The position numbers and the translations under genes were made by a program. A DNA stretch of 64,000 nucleotides from Eledone cirrhosa (lineage: Eukaryota): contig OZ024756.1 of the NCBI GenBank assembly GCA_964016885.1, forward strand, positions 12,648,001-12,712,000. Direction: 5' to 3'. The notes under the pieces are model-generated. The model was not told the origin of the DNA and made no database searches. It worked only from the letters and a program-made list of their open reading frames with translations. This document shows, piece by piece, positions 13,731 through 25,879 of this stretch. Position 1 is the first letter of the stretch, and every line of letters begins with the position of its first letter.

Positions 13731-15014
13731 CAGTTACTCTTGGGTCTCCAATAATACCTCCCACCCACTCCACATATTAATTTTTCAGATTCCCACCCAC
13801 TAAATTGCAGCCCTCACTCTTGTTTATTAAATTTTACTTATTTAACTCCAGCAAAATATTATTTTAAGTGGTAGCATTCCTGTGACAAATTTCTTTAGAC
13901 ATAAAAAAAAAACATACATGACAAAAGAAGTACATTACAAGAAATACCATATGTTATAAATAGGATGGGTTGGGGGTCTCAATATAATGTTTATCTCTAT
14001 GTTCTCTAGTGTGCCCCAATGTTCCATTTTGGCCTGTTGGTGGAGTACTGATGAGTTTTTCCCATCCTGTATACATTTATCCTTTCTCCTATGCTACGGG
14101 CTGTTTCACTTATATATGTTGTGTTCTTATTCCTACGCTGTCCCTCGGTACATCTTATGCTATATACTATGTTCCTAGTTTTGCAGTTAGTTGGTGGGCT
14201 TTATATTATATCCACACAGAAAAGACACAACGCTCCGACAAATTACAGAAGCAACAAACATAAGCGAACACCAACCTAAATGAAACAGTACACATGAGTG
14301 GAATAGTAACATCACAACTAGTAATTAAGGACAAGATGATGACATACAGACACACAGAAGAACCAAACTAATAAAACAAACCAGACACAGAAAGCAACCA
14401 ACTAATGATAGTAAATAAACACATAAATAAAGACACACACACCTGGATATAACACATGCTCAACTCAAGTATACAGCACACAACACACAATAGCAAGCTG
14501 GTGAAAGACAGAACAAAGGAGAGACACAAAATGACAAATCAGTCACTAAGGAGGTCACAGATTATGTGACAAAAGAGATTTGACAATAAATAAACAACCA
14601 TCTGGCTGTTGAACCAACCAACTGGAAATTTGTAATAAAGTGAAAACCAACCAGGTGCGTGTGTTTTTATTGGCAACATGACCTTCTCAAAGTATAACAA
14701 TATCTGTTTCAACACACATTTTCAGGTAACAAATCTTGCAAAACAAATTCAAAAACGAAGTATATAAATATATACATTACACTGCCATGGTTTAATTAAC
14801 AGGCAGCTGGGTTTGTGACTCAATCATTCCAATCAACAGACCATGGTGCAATAATGAAAAAGCATTCACCGTCATGTGTATCTTCCATCATAGATATGGT
14901 ATCTCGTGAGTGGTACAGAAACAGAAAAACATGTGATGGCCGGATTCCAATGAAAGAAATTATTGGAATCCAACCTTCACATGTGTTTCATTGAAGTATA
15001 TACACACACACATA

Positions 15015-15046
<32 letters not shown>

Positions 15047-15056
<10 letters not shown>

Positions 15057-15432
15057 GGAGATGAAATAAAGATGGTTATAAGAGTTCCATATATTTTATT
15101 ATACGTATTTATTTTGAATACAAAATCAACCTGGGAAGATGTTGTGTTCTCATCAGATAAAAAATAAGGTACAATGATAAGAGGTATAATAGCACTTTCC
15201 TATAAACAAGTGCTATTATGCCTCTTATCATTGTACCTTATTTTTTATCTGAAGAGAACACAACATCTTCCCAGGTTGATTTTGTATTCGAAATACGTAT
15301 AATAAAATATATGGAACTCTTATAACCATCTTTATTTCATCCCTATTATATATACTCCAGTTCTACCAATTGTTGAGTGCTACTTATCTGATATATGCAT
15401 AGTTTTATTGTTCTACAATATTACTCACCTTC
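15047..15432 (+). mobile_element. Fold-back Penelope-type pLTR remnant between (TA)n tracts
   Basis: ~145-bp inverted arms 15047-15197 / 15208-15354 containing a hammerhead motif, followed by unique tail and (TA)n. Confidence 0.7.
15243..15307 (+). ncRNA. Type-I hammerhead ribozyme (CUGAAGA variant)
   Basis: ttttat-CTGAAGA-gaacacaa...ttgtattc-GAAA-tacgta-TA-ataaaa; palindromic stem III; opposite arm has CTGATGA but a damaged GAAA. Confidence 0.65.
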
Positions 15433-15495
15433 TATATATATATATAAATATATATATATAAATATATATATATGTGTGTATCATCATCACCACCA

Positions 15496-16359
15496 TCTAT
15501 ATATTAATTTCAACAATGTCAGTATTCCGTGTGTCATAATTCTCGATTATCATTGGTTCATAGGTTTCAAACGACTCCGCCCACCTCAACGGCGCCAAAC
15601 TTAAATTAATATGCATAATACCAATGAGGGAGTGAGAGGGGAGAGTAAGAAGAGTAAGAAACAGAGAGGCAAAGTGAACGCTATAACTATTACCATGTCT
15701 GCGTGTGTATGTACGTGCACGGATGTTTATGTGTGTGTGCGTGCGTTCGTGCAGCGTTCCACAGAAAGTAAAAGCAATTCGACTTTATCAAACAGTGAAC
15801 TACAGTGGCGACGGCGTGCAGCCAGGAATGAAGAAAAACGGGCCGAACAGCGCCATCGGAACGTCAAACTTCAGAGGCGAAGACGTGCCACCATGAATGA
15901 AGAGGAGCTGGCTGAACAACGCCAACGAAACACTGGAGCCAAGCAGCAATGGCGTGCTGCGATGGTTGAAGACGAACTGGCTGAGCATCATCTTTTATAT
16001 TAATCATCTATATCTATATATAATATAAAAGATTGGACCTTTCATCATCGTTTTGAGAAACATGGAACAACCATGTTTATGCAATTAAACACGTTTTACA
16101 GTTAGGCAGAAGATGAACCATCTCCTAGAGGTCACTATTCTAGGTGGGAGCCCCTAGAATTGTTCATATACTATGCACAAATGGTACAACGAAGAATCTG
16201 GTATATCTGGAAGATTTTTTTTACTGTTTTTTGTATCACACAGACACCACGGACTCGCCTCATACTGTAACCAGACAAACATCCAATACAGTCATTTTCT
16301 CGTTTACCTGTCTTCTCTTATCATCTGTTTACCCGGGCGAAGCTGGGTACGTTAGCTAG
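15496..16359 (+). mobile_element. Non-autonomous Helitron
   Basis: A|TC 5' end; STPR-like R/E-rich repeats (15780-15990); helicase C-terminus-like GTTKNLVYLE; 3' hairpin acccgggcgaagctgggt then CTAG|T. Confidence 0.75.
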
Positions 16360-16477
16360 TCATCTTAATGTCTGCTTTCCTTCCTACCAAGTAGTGAAGC
16401 AGGCTACTGATCTCCCAGACACCCAGACAGATCTGTATCTCGCTTATCTACACTCTCAAAGATATATAGATAGATAG

Positions 16478-16838
16478 ATTTCTTTATTAGCCACAGGGGC
16501 ACAAAAGAAGGGGACAAATACAAAGGGGGAAGTTTACATACAATAAAAACGTGTAAAATATTATCACAAATGCAATTTAAAAAATTAGTCGATTTTCCCC
16601 AATAGGAGGAGACATTACATATGGGTAACACATAACCCCGAAAAAAAATGTGCAACCCTCATCTCCAGGAGTACGAAGAGTTTGTACTCCTTTCCTCTCC
16701 TCCTCCTTTTCCTCAACCTACAGGCTGATATAGAGAGAAGGCCCATTCTCGCCACTTTCACCCACCTTTCATAAAATTTGTTGGGGTACAGCACCTCTCT
16801 CTCCATCCTGATTCTTCTTCCAAAGTGGTATTTGAAAA

Positions 16839-16840
<2 letters not shown>
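16478..16840 (-). mobile_element. L1/Tx1-like LINE 3' fragment within (TAGA)n
   Basis: FFKYHFGRRIRMEREVLYPNKFYERWVKVARM matches 24128-24260; 3' UTR with AATAAA; (TAGA)n on both sides. Confidence 0.75.
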
Positions 16841-16877
<37 letters not shown>

Positions 16878-16879
16878 TA

Positions 16880-17017
16880 GCGTCAGTGATGGCAAGTACA
16901 CCATCATCATTAAGTATACACTTCTCCCCGACAATATCACGGTTTTCCTTGACACATTGCCTAGCAATCCTGAACACCTCACGTTTTTGGTCCTCACGTT
17001 GTAGAACATGCTTGAAC
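16880..17017 (-). mobile_element. RTE LINE fragment
   Basis: KFKHVLQREDQKREVFRIARQCVKENRDIVGEKCILNDDGVL resembles the RTE ORF linker between EN and RT. Confidence 0.55.
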
Positions 17018-17644
17018 TTATATATATATATATATATATACACATACATCAGAAAATGTAGAAAACTCAGATGCAGGAAGTATCTGCAAATACAACCGGT
17101 TGTTATAAACAATAGCTTAGAAGACTGGGTGGAAAAAAGTGGGCAGTGGCTACTACAAGGAGTGCTGGTGCCGTGGTAAAATACACGCAATAAAATGTGC
17201 CGAATGCGCTCTGTAAATGGTTGGCAAATGACAACAATGTAAGGTGGAGAGGACTTGATTGGTCTTATGAAGAACACGAAAACCTCTGTAGAGCTGGTGC
17301 CAAGATAAAATGCACCAACTACACTGTGTAATGTGTTAGAAAGGGCATCCAGCCATAGGACATATGCCAAAAATGGAACATATCAGTGAGAAGTGGCAGT
17401 TCTTTAAGGTAAACCCAAATAAGAACTCAAAGATGAACTCTTCAACCCATACCAAACATAGAAACTGGATGAAAAAAAATGATAATTTTTTAGTTTAAAT
17501 ATAAATTTCTGCAATTCTGTTATAACACGTAAAGAAAGAGGAGTACCGGACTACCTCATACTACTCCTCTTTCTTTATATCTGCTGCCTGCGTGAATATA
17601 TGCGTGTGTAAAAGGAAGGAGGGGGTGTGTGTGAAAAAATTACA

Positions 17645-17870
17645 CTGTGTGTGCGTTTGTGTGAATGTATGTGTCTCCGTTTGTGTGAATGTATGTGTCT
17701 CCGTTTGTGTGAATGTATGTGTCTCCGTTTGTGTGAATGTATGTGTGTTTGTGTGAATGTATGTGTGCGTTTGTGTGAATGTATGTGTGTGTTTGTGTAA
17801 ATGTATGTGTGTGTTTGTGTGAATGTATGTGTGTGTTTGTGTGAATGTATGTGTGTGTTTGTGTGAATGC
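17645..17870. repeat. 22-24-bp (TG)-derived minisatellite
   Basis: gtttgtgtgaatgtatgtgt(ctcc) repeated ~10 times. Confidence 0.85.
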
Positions 17871-18169
17871 ATGTTGTACTTTTGTAAGCGTGTCTGTATT
17901 TGAACTTTTATATTTATATACTTATACATATAAATGCATGCATATGCACATACACACATACGCATCAGCCTATGGAAAAAAATTTCTAATTTCTTGAGAT
18001 TATTTCCCCTTATCCTTGAGAGTTGCTAACAATTCCCACTAGGTGTTTGTATTCCTGCAACTAAAAGGCAAATTTCAATAAACTAAGTATTATATAGTGT
18101 ACAACATTGAGTACATCTCTTGTTGTATTGATAGGAAAATAGATGTTATTCTTACTGCAGTAAATGTAA

Positions 18170-21100
18170 TGAAACTAGTTGTTGTTGTAGCAGTGAAACT
18201 GTAGTTGTTGTTGTAGTGAAGTTGTTGTAGTGACATTAGATGTAGTGGTAGTAGTAGTTGTTGTAGCAGTGAAACTGTAGTTGTTGTTGTAGTGGTAGTA
18301 GTAGTAGTTGTTGTTGCATGAAACTGTAGTTGTTGTTGTAGTGACATTAGATGTAGTGGTAATAGTAGTTGTTGTTGTTGTCATGAAACTGTTGTTGTTG
18401 TTGTTGTGGTAGTAGTAGTTGTTGTAGTGAAACTGTAGTTGTTGTTGTAGTGAAGTTAGATGTAGTGGTTGTTGTTGTTGTAGTGAAACTGTAGTTGTTG
18501 TTGTAGTGAAGTTAGATGTAGTGGTAGTAGTTGTTGTTACAGTGAAACTGTAGTTGTTGTTGTAGTGAAGTTGTTGTAGTTAAATTAGATGTAGTGGTAG
18601 TAGTAGTTGTTGTAGTGAAACTGTTGTTGTTGTAGTGAAGTTAGATGTAGTGGTAGTAGTAGTTGTTGTTGCAGAGAAACTGTAGTTGTTGTTGTAGTGA
18701 AATTAGATGTAGTGGTGGTAGTAGTAGTTGTTGTAGTGAAACTGTTGTTGTTGTTGTAGTTAAACTGTTGTTGTTGTTGTTGTAGTGAAATTGTAGTGAA
18801 ATTAGATGTAGTGGTAGTAGTAGTTGTTGTTGTAGTGAAGTTAGATGTAGTGGTAGTAGTAGTTGTTGTTGCAGTGAAACTGTAGTTGTTGTTGTAGTGA
18901 AATTAGATGTAGTGGGAGTAGTAGTTGTTGTAGTGAAGTTGTTGTTGTTTTGGGGTTGGTTAGAGGTTGTTGTTGTTTTGGGGTTGGTTAGAGGTTGTTG
19001 TTGTTTTGGGGTTGTTGTTGTTTTGAGGTTGTTGTTGTTTTGAGGTTGTTGATGTTTTGGGGTTGTTGTTGTTTTGGGGTTGTTGTTGTTTTGAGGTTGG
19101 TGATGTTGTTTTGAGGTTGTTGTTGTTTTGAGGTTGGTGATGTTGTTTTGAGGTTGTTGTTGTTTTGGGGTTGTTGTTGTTGTTTTGAGGTTGGTGATGT
19201 TGTTTTGAAGACGTATTCAGGCAGCTACTGTTGTTTTGAAGCTACTGCTGATGTTGGTGTTGTTGTTCAGGTTGTTTTGAAGCTGGTGTTGTTGGTGTTG
19301 TTTAGAGGCTGCTGCTGTTGCTGTAGTGACTGTAGTAATAAACAACACCGCTGCTGCTGCTGCTGCTGCTGCTGTTGTTGTTGTTGTTGTACTGCAAATC
19401 ATGTTATTGTAGTGTACTTGCAGCCAGTGCATTGTTGCTGCTGCTATTGTTGTGTTTGTTCTTGCATCAACAACACATGCACCAGCCCCAACACTGCCAC
19501 CTACACATACACTCCTCTCACCACCACCACCACCACTGTCATCCCCATCACCACCCTCACCACCGCTGTCATCACCACCACCACCACCGTTGTCATCCCC
19601 ATCACCACCCCCACCACCACCACTGGCATCCCCATCACCACCCTCACCACCGCTGTCATCACCACCACCACCACCACCACCACCCTCACCACCGCTGTCA
19701 TCACCACCACCACCACCACCACCACCACTGTCATCACCACCACCACCCTCACCACCGCTGTCATCACCACCACCACCACCACCACCACCGCTGGCATCCC
19801 CACCACCACCACCACCACCACCACCGCTGGCATCCCCACCACCACCACCACCACTGTCACCACCACCACCACCACCACCACCACCACTGTCACCACCACC
19901 ACCACCGCTGGCATCTCCATCACCACCCCCACCACCACCACCACTGCCACCCCCACCACCACCACTGCCATCACCACCACCACCACTGCCATCCCCACCG
20001 CCAACACTGCCATCCCCACCACCACCACTGCCATCCCCACCGCCAACACTGCCACCCCCACCACCACCACTGCCATCCCCACCGTCAACACTGCCACCCC
20101 CACCACCACCACTGCCATCACCACCACCACCACTGCCATCCCCACCGCCAACACTGCCATCCCCACCACCACCACTGCCATCCCCACCGCCAACACTGCC
20201 ACCCCCACCACCACCACTGCCATCCCCACCGCCAACACTGCCATCCCCATCACCACCACTGCCATCCCCACCACCACCACCACTGCCATCCCCACCGCCA
20301 ACACTGCCATCCCCACCGCCACCACTGCCATCCCCACCGCCACCACTGCCATCCCCACCACCACCACTGCCATCCCCACCGCCAACACTGCCATCCCCAC
20401 CGCCAACACTGCCATCCCCACCGCCACCACTGCCATCCCCACCACCACCACTGCCATCCCCACCGCCACCACTGCCATCCCCACCGCCAACACTGCCATC
20501 CCCACCACCACCACTGCCATCCCCACCACCACCACTGCCATCCCCACCGCCACCACTGCCATCCCCACCGCCAACACTGCCATCCCCACCGCCACCACTG
20601 CCATCCCCACCGCCACCACTGCCATCCCCACCGCCACCACTGCCATCCCCACCGCCACCACTGCCATCCCCACCGCCACCACTGCCATCCCCACCGCCAC
20701 CACTGCCATCCCCACCGCCAACACTGCCATCCCCACCACCACCACTGCCATCCCCACCACCACCACTGCCATCCCCACCACCACCACTGCCATCCCCACC
20801 GTCAACACTGCCATCCCCGCCACCACCACTGCCATCCCCACCGTCAACACTGCCATCCCCACCACCACTGCCATCCCCACCACCACCACTGCCATCCCCA
20901 CCACCACCACTGCCATCCCCACCGTCAACACTGCCATCCCCACCACCACCACTGCCATCCCCACCACCACCACTGCCATCCCCACCGTCAACACTGCCAT
21001 CCCCACCACCACCACTGCCATCCCCACCACCACCACTGCCATCCCCACCACCACCACTGCCATCCCCACCACCACCACTGCCATCCCCACCGTCAACACT

Positions 21101-21800
21101 GCCATCCCCACCACCACCACTGCCATCCCCACCGTCAACACTGCCATCCCCACCACCACTGCCATCCCCACCACCACCACTGCCATCCCCACCACCACCA
21201 CTGCCATCCCCACCGTCAACACTGCCATCCCCACCACCACCACTGCCATCCCCACCACCACCACTGCCATCCCCACCGTCAACACTGCCATCCCCACCAA
21301 CACTGCCATCCCCACCACCACCACTGCCATCCCCACCACCACCACTGCCATCCCCACCACCACCACTGCCATCCCCACCACCACCACTGCCATCCCCACC
21401 ACCACCACTGCCATCCCCACCACCACCACTGCCATCCCCACCACCACCACTGCCATCCCCACCGCCAACAACATCAGCATCACTCCAACTCCCAACAACC
21501 CTTTTAGTACTGTTCCTGATGATGATGATGACAATGCTGCTGCTGCTGCTGCTGCTGGTGATGATGATAATGATGATGAGGATGATAGTGATGATGATGA
21601 TGATGGTGAGGGTGATGATGATGATGATGGTGAGGATGATAGTGATGATGGTGATGGTGATGATGATGATGATGATAGTGGTGATGGTGATGGTGGTGAT
21701 GATGGTGATGGTGATGTATTTACACTGAAGCAGACATGTTTTTGTTGTACTGCTGCCAGTCAACTCATGCTGCTGTTGTTGTTGTTGTTGTTGTTAGTGC
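18170..21800. repeat. Composite low-complexity block B with a 21-bp CAC-rich minisatellite (19520-21470) and GAT/GGT tract
   Basis: Unit cactgccatccccaccaccac with gcc/gtc/aac variants. Confidence 0.9.
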
Positions 21801-21860
21801 AACTGCACCTTAAATATGCCAGTGGGGAGAAAGCAAGGAAACAATATATGTATATATGTA

Positions 21861-21917
<57 letters not shown>

Positions 21918-22214
21918 CACACACTTACACCTCTCCAAGACAATGTCACTAGACCGAGATCTTTGGCGCTACACAGTAATACAGAAGACCCGCCTTACCT
22001 AAGTACAAAGTGAAACAAACCTACTACAGTCAGTAGGCACCTCTAACAAAAATACACCTCCGTCCCACTACCCCCACCCCATCCACACCACCCCTTTCAA
22101 TGTAAAGTTATGTTGGTACCACAACATCCAGTCCGAACCAAAACAAATGAGGTTGTGTAGGTGTCACAACAAAAATTTAAAAAACAGTCCACGCTGTAAT
22201 GTGGCCGTATAGGT

Positions 22215-22410
22215 AACATGGTAAAAACCTCCCAGTCCCACACTGTAAATGTGGTTGGTGTTAGGAAGGGCATCCAGCCGTAGAAAACCCGCCAGACAGT
22301 CCTATGCGAGCAAGACAACCACTCTTGCCTCAAGTGGGAAAACTCCCGTCCAAACCCATGCAAGCGTGGAAGATGGACGTTAAACGATGATGATGATGTT
22401 GATGATGACA
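22215..22410 (+). mobile_element. SINE 3' half with RTE-type tail
   Basis: ggtgttaggaagggcatccagccgtag...catgcaagcgtggaagatggacgttaaacgatgatg. Confidence 0.7.
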
Positions 22411-22417
22411 TATATAG

Positions 22418-22459
<42 letters not shown>

Positions 22460-22594
22460 GATTTAATGCTCTGAAATAGCGATATATATGTGAAGACAAA
22501 CATAGAATATTCGAAAATATTCTGTATGTTTATAATAAACATTTTGAAGACCTAATCGCTATAGAATAGAATACGTCACGTATTACAATTTGAG

Positions 22595-22683
22595 ATTCTC
22601 GATAAAAGCAAGGGAAGTAACCTACGCGTTTCATTCTTATTTGAAATCATCAGGATTACATATCCAATGCTTTTATCGAGAAT
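22595..22683 (-). ncRNA. Type-I hammerhead ribozyme (copy 1)
   Basis: Reverse complement of 23176-23264. Confidence 0.75.
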
Positions 22684-22868
22684 GACACAGCTAGAGACTT
22701 ATAGAATACTTAGCTGTGTACAGGAACTGGTTTGAAAGAGCGGTTGCCGGTCCGGCAGAAATTAGAATTTGGATTTAATGCTCTGAAATAGCGATATATA
22801 TGTGAAGACAAACATAGAATATTCGAAAATATTCTGTATGTTTATAATAAACATTTTGAAGACCTAAT

Positions 22869-22947
22869 CGATAAAAGCATTGGATATGTAATCCTGATGA
22901 TTTCAAATAAGAATGAAACGCGTAGGTTACTTCCCTTGCTTTTATCG
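22869..22947 (+). ncRNA. Type-I hammerhead ribozyme (copy 2)
   Basis: gtaatc-CTGATGA-tttcaaataagaat-GAAA-cgcGTA-ggttac; outer stem gataaaagca/tgcttttatc. Confidence 0.75.
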
Positions 22948-23175
22948 AGAATCTCAAATTGTAATACGTGATGTATTCTATTCTATAGCGATTAGGTCTT
23001 CAAAATGTTTATTATAAACATACAGAATATTTTCGAATATTCTATGTTTGTCTTCACATATATATCGCTATTTCAGAGCATTAAATCCAAATTCTAATTT
23101 CTGCCGGACCGGCAACCACTCTTTCAAACCAGTTCCTGTACACAGCTAAGTATTCTATAAGTCTCTAGCTGTGTC

Positions 23176-23264
23176 ATTCTCGATAAAAGCATTGGATATG
23201 TAATCCTGATGATTTCAAATAAGAATGAAACGCGTAGGTTACTTCCCTTGCTTTTATCGAGAAT
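23176..23264 (+). ncRNA. Type-I hammerhead ribozyme (copy 3)
   Basis: Same core with 16-bp outer stem attctcgataaaagca/tgcttttatcgagaat. Confidence 0.78.
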
Positions 23265-23424
23265 CTCAAATTGTAATACGTGACGTATTCTATTCTATAG
23301 CGATTAGGTCTTCAAAATGTTTATTATAAACATACAGAATATTTTCGAATATTCTATGTTTGTCTTCATATATATATATATATATATAGTATGTATATAT
23401 ATATACACACTAATCAGTATACAC

Positions 23425-23723
23425 TGAGGATGAAAAACTCAGAGCTGTACGGGAGCCTCCCAAACGTCAGCTCAAATGTGACACAGAGGAGACTGAGGTT
23501 AGCTGGACATGCTCACCGACATCCAGAGTTGACACTGCACTCAGTGCTCCTGTGGGAGCCCCTCCATGGACACACTGGAAGAGAGAGACCGAGGTTGACA
23601 TATGTTGATGCCCTAAGGACAGACACTGGTCTGTTGGAGACGCAGGACATGGCAGCGATAATGAGGGACAGAGACCGCTGGAGAGAACTCGTCCATGGAT
23701 CTCGGAAATTTTACCCGCCCTAG
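23425..23723 (+). mobile_element. RTE-clade LINE 3' end with (TAGA)n tail
   Basis: RRLRLAGHAHRH...LLWEP.HG....RPRLTYVD....D....MRDRDRWR, typical RTE/RTEX C-terminus. Confidence 0.8.
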
Positions 23724-23734
23724 ATAGATAGATA

Positions 23735-23842
23735 TGTTTCTTTATTAGCCACAGAGGCACAAAAGAAGGGGACAAATACAAAGGGGGAAGTTTACATACA
23801 ATAAAAACGTGTAAAATGTTATCACAAATGCAATTTAAAAAG
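23735..23842 (-). mobile_element. Short 3'-UTR piece of the Tx1-like LINE
   Basis: Near-identical to 16478-16585. Confidence 0.75.
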
Positions 23843-23867
23843 TTACCCGCCCTAGATAGATAGATAT

Positions 23868-24825
23868 GTTTCTTTTATTTGCCACTAGGGCATCAAAAGT
23901 GGGACAAGTACAAAGGGGGGAGTTTACACAAAAAGGCGTCCTCAATAAGGAGGCAATAACAAAATATAAAAATAAAATAAGATATAACAAAAAATAAAAT
24001 TTATAACAAAATCCTCAATAGAGAGGAGGCGCCTTGGGGGGTCGCACACACCCCCGAAAAAAGTGTGCAACCCTTCTCCTCAGGAGCACAGAGAAGGGGT
24101 GCTCCCTTGGTCTTTCATCTTCCTCACCTATAGTCTGATGTAGAGTGAAGGCCCATTCACACGGGCCATTCTCGCCACTTTCACCCACCTTTCATAAAAA
24201 CGGCTGGGGTGCAGCACCTCTCTCTCCATCCTGATCCTTCTTCCGAAATGATATCGGAAGAAACGGACCAGTAGTTGGCCAGAGAGAAAGGTGCCTGACC
24301 TCAGTCCTTTCAGACGCGTCCACCATACAACCTCTTTCGCCATGGCTATTACGCACAGAAACACCGCCTCTGTTTCATCTTTGAAGGGGGGAGGCGGCTT
24401 GATCATTACAATAGACTCGGTGGTCAACCGGATCGGTCCCACCCTTGACAGCAGTTCGACATAGCCCCACAGATCGGCTACGCCCGAGCAGTGTACCAAT
24501 GCGTGTGCAACGGTTTCCTCGTCGCACACGCATCTGGGACAGATCTTTTTGGCGGGGTCCCTACCCGGGCGCCCGTGTCTGTAGAGCCTTTCTCGAACGG
24601 GTAAAGCCCCTCGGTAGCACTGCCAGGCCAGGGACTTCTGGAAGTTGTCCATAGGTCCCGGGCTGAATGTCCTACCGAACAGGCTGGCCAGTTCGTCCTC
24701 CTCCATGTCTAGGGCTTCTCCGAGGGCGTCGTCGCACCTGCTGCGTACCAGCCCTCTATAGAATGTTGCGGTGGAGTCTCCACTGATAACCGGATCCGCC
24801 TGCCAGAGGGCGGTGAGCGCCTGGG
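23868..24825 (-). mobile_element. L1/Tx1-like LINE, 5'-truncated (ORF2 C-terminus with zf-RVT)
   Basis: LAWQCYRGALPVRERL...CPRC..DEETVAHALVHC...LW motif; open frame to stop at 24128; flanked by (TAGA)n. Confidence 0.85.
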
Positions 24826-24900
24826 TAGATAGATAGATAGATAGATAGATAGATATACATACATAGTATGTGTATACACACATATATGTCTGACGGTGAT

Positions 24901-24967
<67 letters not shown>

Positions 24968-25199
24968 ATATATAGAGAGAGAGTCTGTGGTGCTGAGACC
25001 GAGGAGACCACTAATCATGTGAGTACTTAATACATGGAGAGATGTAGAGTGGGTAGAGAGAGATGTAAAATCCCAACCGAGTCACCAAGCCAAAACCGCT
25101 TGGTGCCTCAGTCGGGATTTTACATCTCTCTCTCTACATACATACAGATATATATTTTTATTTTTTTTTTTTATTTTTATTTCTTTCTCTCCTACTAAT

Positions 25200-25582
25200 A
25201 TAAACATATATCTAAATTTTCCAGAGCGTTTAAAATAACGGTTTTTCAATCATATACCTCAACCCCATTTACATATTCATTTGCATACTCATTCTAACAA
25301 TTTTGAAAAATCCGTTCTTTAAATTCACTATCCAAGGAAAATTCAACTGATAAAGTATGTTTCCTTGGCTATGTCAAAATTTATAAAACACACTTTGTAT
25401 TTTATCTGATGAAAGTGTACCAAAGTTTTTGGTGCCCTTGAAATATATATAATAGAATAAATATAGTTTCCATTTATTTAATATCATTGAATATTTACTC
25501 CAGAAATCTCTCGAGTGCTCTGAATCAGTTATAAACATTTATATTTGTTGAATTTCCAACAAATTAAATATCCCTTCTGGTT
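25200..25582 (+). mobile_element. pLTR-like module with hammerhead, ending in (TA)n
   Basis: Homologous to 35190-35402. Confidence 0.7.
25398..25459 (+). ncRNA. Type-I hammerhead ribozyme
   Basis: tattttat-CTGATGA-aagtgtaccaa...ttggtgccctt-GAAA-tatata-TA-atagaata. Confidence 0.7.
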
Positions 25583-25685
25583 ATATATATATATATGTAT
25601 GTGAAAGGTAAACAGAAATTTCAACACAATCGGTACAGTATATGGAAAGTATATATTAGGTTAACGCTTGATATAGCAGGAAGAG

Positions 25686-25726
25686 GGTTTTAACGTTTCG
25701 GACGCTAGTCCTTCATCAGAAGAAAG
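25686..25726 (-). ncRNA. Minimal Penelope-type hammerhead motif
   Basis: Minus strand CTGATGA-a-ggac-tagc-gtcc-GAAA-cgtTA; stem I weak. Confidence 0.55.
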
Positions 25727-25879
25727 AATGAGAAATAAAACAGATTAAGGGGACGGGCGGGATGGAATTGGAAAAAATGCCCTTAGATAAAAATAATAAG
25801 TCAATTCATGTTGACATCTCTTGCAAAACTGTTGGTGCTGGCTTTTTGTGTATGATTTGTTTTTTAGAAAAGTGGATGG

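Larger units (their letters stand above)
22456..23367. mobile_element. Retrozyme-like cassette: 312-bp hammerhead-containing monomers, ~1.3 units (-) joined to ~1.6 units (+), between (TA)n
   Basis: CTGATGA at 22894 and 23206 (period 312); reverse-complement copy 22456-22870; only a few mismatches among copies. Confidence 0.8.

Noticed and set aside
14045-14080. CTGATGAG hammerhead-like box
   Set aside because: No downstream GAAA or stem II
18945-19200. TTTTGGGG ciliate-telomere-like motifs
   Set aside because: Interspersed within GTT mosaic, not a tandem telomeric tract
21808-21850. Minus-strand splice-acceptor-like pyrimidine tract plus AG
   Set aside because: Leads only into low-complexity sequence; no supportable exon
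19148-21952. 934-aa mucin-like and 848-aa Gly-rich ORFs
   Set aside because: Open in nearly all frames because a 21-bp CAC repeat lacks stops; no signal peptide or complex domain
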